Below, one piece after another: positions 33,626 to 64,000 of a stretch of 64,000 bases of DNA. Source of the DNA: Amoebidium appalachense. Lineage: Eukaryota > Protista > Ichthyosporea. Below the pieces are notes generated by a model. The model saw only the letters and a list, made by a program, of their open reading frames with translations. It did no database searches and was not told where the DNA came from. The stretch covers positions 6,952,710 through 7,016,709 of the forward strand of contig CAVNZM010000005.1 of the NCBI GenBank assembly GCA_963693365.1, in the 5' to 3' direction. Within the stretch, counting starts at the first letter, position 1. The number at the start of each line of letters is the position of its first letter. A program made the translations under genes and the position numbers.

Positions 33626-33656
<31 letters not shown>

Positions 33657-34206
33657 ACACACACACCAGACACACACACCACCACCACGGTGACCACCAC
33701 TCCCACTCCCAAAAAAACCACACACATACGTGCACGTGTACACACACACACAGAACACCACCACCTCCTCCACTGGACGCCATTTCCTTGTTGTTTTCTT
33801 AAGCCTTCAGACCAGTCCTGTACACTGGAGTTAAACAATTGAATTCACCTAGGCTGACACGCATCCACCCCTGCCTTCCACTCCCCCCCCCCCCCCCCCC
33901 CCACCCCCCCCTCCCCTACCCCTCCCCCTCAATGAAGAAGGGCCCCCGTAAACCTTGGGGGGGGGGGGGGGGGGGGCTGGGGGGAGAGGGGGGAGCTCTC
34001 GAGCCTCCGGGTAGGGAAGCGGGGTCCGGGGATCCGGAGAGGGGGCGGGAGGGGGGGGGGGGGGGGGGAAGGGGGTATATAATATTGGGCCTAGATCTGA
34101 GTATGGGGCCCCGGGGGAGGGAGAGGTGGGGGGGGGGGGGGGGGGGGGAGGATCCACGGGAAAGACCTTTAGGTGCATGTTCTTATTTATAACCCCCTTC
34201 GAATCA

Positions 34207-34252
<46 letters not shown>

Positions 34253-35592
34253 AGTGCAGGCCGTGACGTAGCTACAGTAACCCTGCCGAAGGCAACAAAA
34301 ATTTATTATTTACTAGCACTGTACATGTGTTCACAGTGCAGCTTGCACCACGTATGATCTCAGCAACTTTAAAGTAGTCACAAAGTTTAGTTATTTTCAT
34401 TATTTTAATTGCTCTGAACTCTATTACTCTGAAACGATCACCGTGCATGTGCCGCAAGATAACAACCCTATATGTGTGCAGGTGCAGCCTGCAGGTTAGA
34501 CTCGCTGAAAAGACAATTGTCAATGTGCATCCGACGCTTGCAGCTGCATGCCTAGCTAGCCTCTGCAACATTAATACTTGCCAAGTGAATGCTCTTACAC
34601 TTAATCATCATTCACTCAAAAAACCGAGGACCGACAGATTAAATATTAATGTCGATCCGAATGATCAGCAAGTGTCTACCCCCACCCCCCCCTCCCCCCC
34701 CCCCTTTCCCCCCCCCCTCCCCCCCCCCCCCCCCCCCCCCCCCCCACCCACCCACCCTCCCGCTCACCCCTAAATGCCTGTACTGTATGCAAGGTATATT
34801 TAAGGTTTAATCTTTGATCCAAGGTTTGATTGAATAGGTGGGTGGACGGAGGGACAAGGGGGGGGGGGGGGGGGGGGGGGGGAGAGGAGAAGAAAAAAAA
34901 AAAACGTGTAGCAAGCAAGCGTCGTTGTCATGCCAAATTTTGAAGGAGAGTGCTTCGATAATCGTTTTCGAAAGAAGTTCTCCGGTGCCTTTGGAGCTTA
35001 TTCACACTATTTGTTTCTTTCTTTTTTGGTGTGTGTCGGGGGGGGAGGGGGAGGGGGAGGGGAGGGGGGGGCAGGGAGGGGTAGGGGTTGGGGGGAGGGT
35101 TCGGAGAGAAAACCCGGGGGGGGGGGGGGGGGGGGGGAGGGGGGGGGGATAAAGTGACGTGTAGCGCTAGCACCCACCCGTCGTTTTCGTGCCTTAAAAT
35201 GAAGTAGCCAGGTTATCGTTTCTTTTTCGAAGTTCCTAAAGAATTACTGCAGTGCCTTTGAAACTATAAAGACCGAAGGGTTATTATGCAGTGGTGATAG
35301 AGGGTGGCCACGATACTGGCATGGGATCCCATGGAAGGGGTTTGAACCTCTCACACGGGCACCACTGTATTTTGCGCCGCTACACCACCACCTTCTGAAT
35401 CGGTGGATGGTGCATGGGTTGTTACTGGGCTGGCCACCCGATCGGATAGAGTGAATCGGACATAGTAGCAAGGTAGAGGTTTCTGGGGGCTTGATTGTGG
35501 GACATATCAGATATATACTATCGTTCAGGAAACTTCGTAAGTTTCGGTATCGCTTTATATCAATGACCGTTACGGTACTAATACAACGTACT

Positions 35593-35630
<38 letters not shown>

Positions 35631-35955
35631 CACCCCACCCCTACTAACACAAAACAACTAGTAAATTCTGAATTACCAATCGAATCGGATAACACACACC
35701 CTTTAATATGCTTGGTCATGGGCATTTTCCTGAACACACACACACGCACACTCACACACACACACAGGCGCATGCACAAACGATATCGGTTACTCTAAGA
35801 CCAATGAAAAAAAAAATCCTAGCAAATTAAATTTCCGGGCGAATGTCATTATGCCTTTGTAACAGTTCCCTTTGTGACATTGTGTGTGTGTGTGCAGTGT
35901 GCATGTTTTGCAGAGGCGGCGGCGGTGGGGTGGGGTGGGGTGGGGTGGGGGTGGA

Positions 35956-35990
<35 letters not shown>

Positions 35991-36574
35991 GGGTAAAATT
36001 GTGCATTTCGGACTGGCTGACACGATTTTTTTTAACTCCCTTTCCGGTTGCTTAGATTCACCAGAAACTTGGTTTCACAATCCATGCCCGTTTGGAAAAG
36101 CTGACACTGGTCTTTCTCGTGAAAGACCTGTCCTCCCCTCCCCCCCCCCCCCCCCCCCCCCCCCCTCCCCTCCCCCGGCCCCTCCCCCAGAAAAAAAAAA
36201 AAAAAAGAAAAAAACAGGAGGGGGGAGAGACAGAGGGGGGGGGGGGGGGGGGGGAAGAAATCGCATGATACCTCGTCTCCCAACACGTACACACGAATGT
36301 TACGTTTAATGCAACCAGGTGCATTCAACAACGGTTCTAGTTGAACTTTTATGCGGAATTATGAGATGATTTATCGAATCAGCATTGTACATGTGGAAAC
36401 GCCGTGAAAACAACACTTCTGTATGGAACGAACTTCAAGTCCGTGTACCCACTGTGGCATACAGTCGTTGTGCCCCCACCCCCTCACATAACTTCGGCCG
36501 GTCCCACAAAATGTTTAGACTTTGCACCATAAAGAAGAGAGAAGGAGAGGGGGGGGGGGGGGGGGGGGGGGGGG

Positions 36575-36606
<32 letters not shown>

Positions 36607-36721
36607 TCTTAGGAGAGAGCTCCAGGGAGAGCAGAGAGAGGGAAAGAGGGAGAGAGAGGGGGGGGGGGAGGGGGGGGGGGGCAGAGAAATCTAGAGAGAG
36701 AGCTCTAGAGAGAGAGAGTCT

Positions 36722-36756
<35 letters not shown>

Positions 36757-36861
36757 AGGAGGGAGAAAAATGGAAGGCTTGGGAGAGCCTGAGGAGGCGA
36801 GGGGCAGGGTGGTGGTGGTGGTGGTGGTGGTGGTGGTGGTGGTGGTGGTGTGTGTGTGTGA

Positions 36862-36937
<76 letters not shown>

Positions 36938-37557
36938 CTAGGATCGGGGTCAAAGAAGGTTTAGCCTTGCAGCTATGTACTGAGGGGGGAGGGAGAGGTA
37001 AGGAGGGGGGAAAATGGTGTGGGCTTGGGAGAGCTCGAGGAGGGGAGGGGCAGGGTGGTGGTGGTGAGGGGGGGGGGGGAGAGAGCTAGGAGGGGTCAAA
37101 GAAAGTTGAACGTTTAGTCTAGCAGCTATGAGCTACCGTATGACTACAGTTGGCATGAACACTTTGTCAACGGGATAGTGTAGAAATTTCGAGATTATTT
37201 AAGCAGCGTTGATAAGGGGTACCCAGAATGGTACACGTACAGTACAGGAGGTTTTCTATACTTTGCTAGGGGAGCTGCGAGAGGATCAGAGTCTGCACAT
37301 CGTCACCGGCTCGAGTGTCGGTGGAGTGCACTAATAGCATAGTCCATACCGGACCAGCCACCTATTTCATTAAACCGACCAGGCCATATAATAGCCAGCA
37401 AGCGTTTCTGGCTGTTGATTGTAGGACAAGACGTGTACGCTGTATCGTAAAGGTTGTGCCGATATACATGTGTGTGTGTGTGCATGGGAGGGAGGGGGTG
37501 GGGGCCGTGAGGGGGGCCGCACACGCGGGGGAGAGGGGGGAGGGAAGAGAGGTGTGT

Positions 37558-37588
<31 letters not shown>

Positions 37589-38306
37589 GGGGGGGAGGGG
37601 GGGGAGGGGGGCAGTATGTGTCGTGAACCTGTGGATGTAATATGATTTCAGAACCCACGTGGAAAGCAGGAAGCCATGGCGACTAGACTACCACACATCT
37701 TTCGAATTTATTATGTATCCGGCCTATACTGAGTACGAACAAGCCACTTTCGAGCTGGTGCCTGGGATATGGCATATTGGATACATGATTGATAGATTTT
37801 CATTACGGTATTCAGTCATTTTAACTACGTGACAACCTTGACTAAGTGGCTCATATAATCCGCCATTACTGGCTTATGCATATCCAACGATGACCGATAC
37901 ATTATTTCTCGTACCAATGCACTTATCAGAGTGTGCACGTGATACATGCTATTCGTGCATATCACTAGGTTGCTGTGAATACTATTTATCACGGTTAATT
38001 CAACATCCCCCCCCCCCCCCCCCCCTCCCCCTCCCCTCCCCTCCCCACCACCACCCAAAAAAAAAAAAAAAAAAAAAAAAAGGACACAAAAGAGAAGACA
38101 AAGAAGCAGAACAAGCTCATACAATCAGGTATGTGGGTGCGCTCATTATGTATTTCATTATGTAACCGTCGACAACATATTATCGCCTTTCCAAGAATCT
38201 TGCAGACAAAATCTTCAACCACCAATCAATAGTAGTATCTTACGCACACCCACAAATCACACAGATAAAGCAAACAAATCTGATCTCCAACTATCTCACC
38301 CGAAGT

Positions 38307-38597
38307 CTATCTCGGGCCGCTCATTTTTCTTACCATACTTGGGTCCATATCATGTGGTGGTGGTGCACGTGGGGCGATCTGATTGGGTTTCGGCATTGGG
38401 GGGGTCTGGTGGGAGGCGGGTCCACGTGGCATTCCCTCCAACCCAGGCCCGGGTCTCTCGGGGCCCTGAAAATGAAATCGCGTAAGTTGAGAGAACGAGA
38501 GAGAAGGAGGGGGGGAGAGAGAGAGCGAGAGAGGAGGGGACGGGGGGAGGAGAAAGGTGGGTTGGGAGGGAGGGCTGGAGAGAGAGGAGGAGAGGGG

Positions 38598-38675
<78 letters not shown>

Positions 38676-38773
38676 AAGAAGGGGAGAGATGGTGTGTGTG
38701 TGGTGTGCGCCCGCCTGTCTGTGTGCCTATGTGTGCATGCTCACATGTGTACACGAGGGGTGCATGGCCGGAG

Positions 38774-38833
<60 letters not shown>

Positions 38834-38904
38834 CGCGCGCGTGCGTGGGCATGCAAACATGCTTGTGTGCTCGGTTACATAGAAGTGTGCGCGTGCCCGT
38901 GCAC

Positions 38905-38954
<50 letters not shown>

Positions 38955-39821
38955 ATCCATACCTGCTGTGGGTTTAGCGGGGTATCCCCCACGACCATGC
39001 CCCTCCTCCGTGCCATGATGGGCCTTACGTAAGAGGGTGGCATCCTCCTCAGCTCGTGCTTGGCCTCTTGGCACAGCTGCCGGCAACGCATCAGCCCTGC
39101 ACCAATCAAATCTCGGGTCAATAGCCATATATGGATACCGGTCAAACTATAGGGACGGAAGTTAGGCAAACCAATAGCAGCCAATCCATCGCAAACGGCT
39201 TAGGCTGGTTTTCTGGATTCCCCGTGTGCACATTGTGTAGCCATTATCTACAAAAAAGGAAGAAATCTGTAGCCGAACGGGGTGGCTGAGTGGATGAGAG
39301 GGAGCCAACGGGCATGGTAGGGGTTGTGAGAGGGGGCAAGGACGGAGAGAGGGAGGGAGGGAGGGAGGGAGGGAGGGAGGGAGGGAGAGAGGGAGGGAGG
39401 GAGGGAGGGAGGGAGAGAGGGAGGGAGGGAGGGAGGGAGGGAGGGAGGGAGGGAGGGAGGGAGGGAGGGAGGGAGGGAGGGAGGGAGGGAGGGAGGGAGG
39501 GAGGGAGGGAGGGAGGGGGGGACGGGAGAGGGGGGAGTGGGGGCACTGTATGCATCAGAGGGTTGGGAATATGGGGGAGATGCCAAAGGACAAAAATTAT
39601 AAGGTTACAAGAATTTAAAAAACCCGAAATCGAACCACAAAATTGGATAGATAAAATACGTGCAGGCAGAAAATGCTTTAAGAGAGCCCATGATACGGGG
39701 TGTTCCCACGCCTCCACAAAATGATGGGTTTCGACTCTTCGACCTCTAACGTAATTCCCAACCCATCATATGTTTCAACAGCAGAAGGCGAGTCAATCCG
39801 TCTTTTTTTTTCTTTTTTTTT

Positions 39822-39864
<43 letters not shown>

Positions 39865-40418
39865 GGGAGGGAGGGGGGAAGAGGATAGAGAAAACTTGGC
39901 CATGAAAAGAGGCAGCGGGGTGAAGCTAGATGATGGCTAGAACGGGCAGGCACCATAAAACAGTAACCGTGCAGCATAGGTAGTTCAGTTTCTAAATGAG
40001 AACGGCGGCTCAGGGAGAGTGCGAGGCGAAACGGCCTTGAAATGGCGATGGATGGAAGGCGCCGCGGGGGGGGGGGGGGGGGGGGGGGTTTGAATGCGTC
40101 AAAAAGTACGAAGTACACAAGAACAAACGGATAACACGATGCAGAATGCAAGCCATACATAAAGAGTATGCATAATAAGCAGAGCCCATCCTCAGGGGGG
40201 GCCCACGTCATCCACAGTACCCGAGTTTCGACCTATTCCCCTCGTTAACGAAACCCAACTCAGATACTGTTTCACTTGAACATGAGTAGGTCACCCGTCT
40301 TGATCAGAGACGAGCATGGGGGGAGAGGGGGGGGAGGGGGAAGGAGGGGAGGTGGAGAGGGGAAAGAGGGAGGAGAAGGGAGGGGGTGGTGGTGGTAATA
40401 GTGGTGGTGTTTTTTTTT

Positions 40419-40449
<31 letters not shown>

Positions 40450-40778
40450 GGGGGAGGGTATGTGGCAGAGGATGTTGCAGCACAAGGATGCCGTGTACAG
40501 GGTGTTTTAACGGTTATTAGGCCGACACACATAAGAAAAGTTTGCAAAAAAGTCCACCGTTATGGATACAAGAGCGTGAGAAAGGGAAAGGGGGGGGGGG
40601 GGGGGGGGGTTGGGGGGAGGGGAGAGGGTTGAGATGAAAAGGCACGTGGTAAAAGCAGGCACCCAGACACACGCAAAAGTAGGTGCAAGGGAAAGCACGA
40701 AAAAACACATTACAAACAACTATGAAATCACACGCGAAGCACCAAAACACACACACACACACGCATACAGACACACCG

Positions 40779-40817
<39 letters not shown>

Positions 40818-40880
40818 TCCCCCACACATTTGCACAGACACACACACTTACGGACAAGCCAACACGTATATATTGCGCAT

Positions 40881-40913
<33 letters not shown>

Positions 40914-42699
40914 AAAAACTCTCTTCTCTCTCTCTCTCTCTCCCCCCCCCCCCCCCCCCCCCCCTGTCCTCCACTCACACAAACAAACTCCGCCATGTAA
41001 CCCACCTCTGCGTAGATTCGAAATGACGTCCTGCCTGCCCACATATGCCAGGTGGTACTGCCCCCTTAAACTCTCTATCACAGTGATGAGGTCTCTGAAC
41101 TTGCCCCTGTTAAGGGATGGAATGTTCTCCATGGCATGCGGAGGCGGGGGCGGGGGCGGGGGCGGTGCGGGTGGCCCGGGGTGCCCTAAGGAGCACAAGT
41201 GGAGTGAATCAGTGACACAACACCATCGGGAAATCGGAATAGAGATAGAGTATGTTTCGCGCATGCCACCCATTTGGGTTCGATGCTATGGATGCAAGAG
41301 GAGTGGGGATATAAGCGAGGCCCCCTGCGTGGGTGTGCAAGTGAAAGGGACAGCATCATGACTTAAGTGCAGTCAAACCATGTACCACACACCCATGATC
41401 TATCAGGAAAACACATGACGACTACAGTAAAGGACCACCACATGCAAATCAGAAATACCTCCCGTATTCACAATTGAGCAAAGATCACTCCCCCCCCCCC
41501 CCCCCCCCCCCTCCCCCTCCATCACACACACACACACACCATAACACACACACACACACACCCCATCCCCCTCCCGGGGGGAGGGGGGGAGGGGGAGGGG
41601 AAGAAAGGGACTTACCTGCTGGGGGCCCAGGATAGCGTTCACGTTCGTACATATCACGTTGTCGCTCGATGGGGGGACCTGAAAATGCATGTGTGAGAAG
41701 GCGAGGGTTGGAAGGCGGAACGGATGGGGGAGGAGTATTCGGTGAGCGGCAACCGGTTGCGCCAACAGGGGAGGGAGAAAGGTGACTGGCCTGCAGTTCA
41801 GGGCCATGGATATACAGGCACGAAGAACCACATGCACACACCAACTGTTCACGTGTGCACACACCACAACACCAATACGGACATGGCTGTACAGGCATGT
41901 TGACACCCAAATCACACACATGATCGAAGCCCAAAGCAAGCAAAAACCCCACAAACATGTCAGGACCTTAAAGCTTGCTCACACCACACAAACACACACC
42001 CACATGATAGGACCCAATGCAAGCACATACCACACATACAATAGGAGCAGTAAAGCATAAAGACACCACACACACGTGATAGATGGTCCAACGGGTGGGC
42101 ACGTCAAACACGCAAGCATCAGCGCACAAATGCACCTCACGCAAAGACGCAGACACCAATAAAAAGTGGTGGGGCAGGCGTGTGTGGTGACACACTGATT
42201 CTGGATCTGAAACTTTTTTCAAAATAAGAACCATCCTCTTTTGAGCCATAAACCAATCTTTCTGATGAATTACTATTCATTGCCGAATAAAGGATATATT
42301 GCACTGTTCAAAGACCATATCATAAGCGCAAAACATACCAAGACAACGACCCAAAAAACGCGTTGAGAGCTGGGAATAGAAAAGGGCGAGCAGAAGTAAA
42401 TCAAGGCCATAATCAACATGGGGGAAAACACTTCGGAAAGAGACTGCTTGTAAGGGGAAAGAGGGGTGAGGGGCCGGGGGGGGGGGGGGAGGGGGGGAGG
42501 GGGGTGGCTTGGACAGTGGGGGAGAAGGGGGGGGGGGGGGGGGGAGGCCAGGGGGGGGGGGGGGAGGGGGGGGGAAGGGGGGGGGGGGGGGAGAAGGGTG
42601 GGAGGGACCGGGGGGGGGGTTGGGTAAGAGAAAATGCCAACTATTACCATGCTGTTCGGGTGGTGGTGGTGGTCTTTCGCCCCAGGGTCTTTGGTCCAT
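38307..42699 (-). CDS. CDK2-associated protein (CDK2AP1/DOC-1 family)-like, ~195 aa; exons 42699-42648, 41678-41616, 41185-41006, 39096-38963, 38465-38307
   Basis: Five GT-AG exons splice in consistent phases (1,1,1,0) to a stop at 38309-38307. The core GKFRDLITVIESLRGQYHLAYVGRQDVISNLRR|GLMRCRQLCQEAKHELRR aligns without gaps to the CDK2AP domain [51 protein letters not shown] (human sequence from memory). The two N-terminal exons are less certain. Confidence 0.78.
39349..39520. repeat. (GGGA)n tetranucleotide array, potential G-quadruplex
   Basis: About 170 bp of near-perfect GGGA repeats inside an intron of the CDK2AP-like gene. Confidence 0.9.
40089..40318 (-). mobile_element. Longest copy of a dispersed SINE/LINE-3'-like repeat ending in poly-C
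   Basis: The minus strand reads ...GTCGAAACTCGGGTACTGTGGATGACGTGGGCCCCCCCTGAGGATGGGCTCTGCTTATTATGCATACTC...GCATCGTGTTATCCGTTTGTTCTTGTGTACTTCGTACTTTTTGACGCATTCAAA(C)n. Related plus-strand copies lie at ~6171, 13228, 20741, 21941, 23161, 45890, 47300, 51395, 52170, 52720, 52854, 53580, 53829, 60905 and 62219. Confidence 0.8.
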
Positions 42700-43543
42700 C
42701 TTGGTTATGTGCTAGTGCCGAGAATTATACAACGAAGATGGGTGGCAAGGGGCGACACCAAGAGAAGCCTGTCCGTTTATAATCAGCCGTTCAAACAGAA
42801 AGCGTAAAACTGCTTGTTGGGCTCCACGTTTGCGTTCAGGCTGGAACTAATATTATAGCCTCGCTATTGTTTTATAAAAATACTCATAAACAAGCTTAGA
42901 AACCCAACTCGTTCGGTAACACGTCAACTCTCCCCCTTACTAACGGTCAACAAAATCTGACTGCGCCGTTTCGCGTATGTACAGGCAGGGGGTTGATAAT
43001 CTGGGTAACTGGGGTTGTATTGAGATTTCAGTTGGAATAAATGGGGCTCAATGTTAGGGAAGTTGAAATTTCCTTTCAAGGCTCATGAGCCAAAAAGTGG
43101 AACTCACCCCAAAGCTTTTTCAAGTTGTACGGTGCCTTTTGTGTGGAAACATGCCAGTTTCTTTGTAATGAAGGGTCGCTAGAGGTCACAGAATCAGCAT
43201 TATGCGCGTTATTTATCTACCTGCGTCACACCATGTAACACGGAGTATATAAGCTTATTTAACTTAACAGGGCTGTGAGACGCCCATGTGTGGCACCAAT
43301 TGAGACACTTTACTCATACGAGCACGTAGCTAACAATAGGGCACACACACGCACGCACACGCACGCACACGCACACACACACACACACTATACGCCACCT
43401 ACCCGATTTCCTCATCCATCCCTGCCCCCTCCCTCTTTCTCCTCTCCCCTTGCTCCCCTCCCCTCAACACCCTTCCCACCTCCCCCCCCCCTTCATCCCC
43501 TGACACACCTACACCCATTGCACATAGCAACCACAAACCGAAC

Positions 43544-62599
<19,056 letters not shown>

Positions 62600-62675
62600 C
62601 CGGGCTGCAGCTGCTAATCCCCGCTCGGAAGCATTCAATTCATATGCTCATACGTAATCCATGATTAAAGAAATT

Positions 62676-62718
<43 letters not shown>

Positions 62719-63697
62719 GGAGGAGGAGGATCGTTCGTTTCACTTGCTCGCTTTGCTTGTGCTACATGGCTCTATATATAGTTGACCTGATCGTGAATGC
62801 TCTCACGTGTAGATAGTGTCGGTGTGGTATCATATGCATCGACTGTGCGAATGAAAGAAAATAGCAATCGGAATGAAGGTATGTAAGTTTTATCGTTTTT
62901 GTAGAAGTTTGGGCCTTCACAGTAGGCTCGTGTTGGTTTATACATGTATATAAGCATGTGATCTGTTATTAGAAAGAGGCTTACATATGGTTAGCATGCA
63001 CTGTGCATGAAAGGTGTATAATGTTTGCGAAAAAAAATTCGGCAAAATAAAATATAAATATGAAATGAAAACCAGCGGAATAAAGGAACTGTAGGAAGTT
63101 GAGTTCATGTGGATGGGTACGATCGGTGTGATGCAAACACAGTAGATTCCAACTGTGCACTCAGCACACTGTATGCGCGTGCACACACAGCTGAGCACAC
63201 TGTATGCGTGCGCACACACATGCACGCGCACACACGTGTGTGTGACAGCACACACGGATGCGTGTGCACGCAGCGCACATGAGCAGCACACAATACATGG
63301 ATGCGCTTGCACCGTATACACCTATGTAGGTGCACATCACACTATGCAAGTGAACACAAGTTCTGAGAACACATCCAGGCACGTGCACTTAAAACATCAA
63401 TGCATTCTGCCCACACATGCATGATCGTGCACCCACCACACAGGCACGCACACACCACACAAGAATGCGCGTGACACACCACACACGCATGCACAGCCCA
63501 CCTATCCATTCACCCATATTGCACTCATGAACACAGACACGCATTGCACACACACTTGCACACATGCATACCTCTATGATGACACATTCATACATTGCAA
63601 CACGCACACATGCGTGCGTACATGTGACATGTATGCGTGTGCAGGTGTCTGCATGTGTGCATTGCACGCGTGTGTGTCGTCTCCAGCTGCAGGGGGT

Positions 63698-63738
<41 letters not shown>

Positions 63739-64000
63739 TTCTCAACGTTGTTCGTGTTTCGTAGATATTTAGATAATATACAGCACATTCTTTCCCATAT
63801 CTGGTTAAACGTGAGACTAGTGGTTTATTATACATTTATGCTTTGGTGTCCTGTATATAATACAGCCTAGGCTGGTGAGCACGCCAACCACTAGAAAATT
63901 TTGGAATTCCTTGCCAATAGGAATGTAGACGTGTGATATCCAGCCAACCAAAACAGACTTTACAAGTCTCTTAGGGTATATACATGTATTTGTTACCCAA

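Noticed and set aside
33840-34200. Cluster of 6-bp palindromes (GAATTC, GAGCTC, CTCGAG, GGATCC, AGATCT) suggesting a vector polylinker
   Set aside because: The sites are dispersed among native G/C runs with no vector backbone.
36765-37135. ~250-bp diverged tandem duplication
   Set aside because: The duplication is real but low-complexity, with no coding or structural signal.
39968-40036. Extra exon (RPFRLALSLSRRSHLETELPMLH) of the CDK2AP-like gene
   Set aside because: Its phase is incompatible with the upstream exon and it would split the conserved domain.
40180-40318. Hammerhead ribozyme (Penelope-like) in the poly-C-tailed repeat, suggested by CTGAGGA and CGAAAC
   Set aside because: Stems I and II cannot be paired in any hammerhead topology I tried; only a simple hairpin is supported.

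Overview
Intron-rich eukaryotic DNA saturated with poly-C/poly-G, (CA)n/(GT)n and (CT)n/(GA)n tracts. Gene content suggests a unicellular relative of animals, possibly an ichthyosporean (inference). From left to right: (1) the right part of a large Plavaka (CMC-like) DNA transposon, comprising a ~190-bp tandem array, a 7-exon DDE transposase, an antisense single-HKD PLD/Nuc/Zucchini-like nuclease ORF nested in the first visible transposase intron, and a CAATA/TATTG-rich subterminal region ending near 8.9 kb; (2) a two-exon Mad/Mxd/Mnt-type bHLH-ZIP repressor with a Sin3-interaction domain; (3) a ~22-exon methylcrotonoyl-CoA carboxylase alpha gene (MCCC1) with two TTAA-flanked MITEs in its introns; (4) a 5-exon CDK2AP1/DOC-1-like gene on the minus strand that no single ORF in the track captures; (5) a ~21-exon VPS51 gene divergent from it. 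Across the window there is a dispersed, 5'-truncated repeat that nearly always ends in poly-C, introns whose two ends are complementary microsatellites, and repeated duplication of splice-site regions. Exon coordinates were read by eye and may be off by a few bases. Several apparent frameshifts fall in homopolymers and may be assembly errors.
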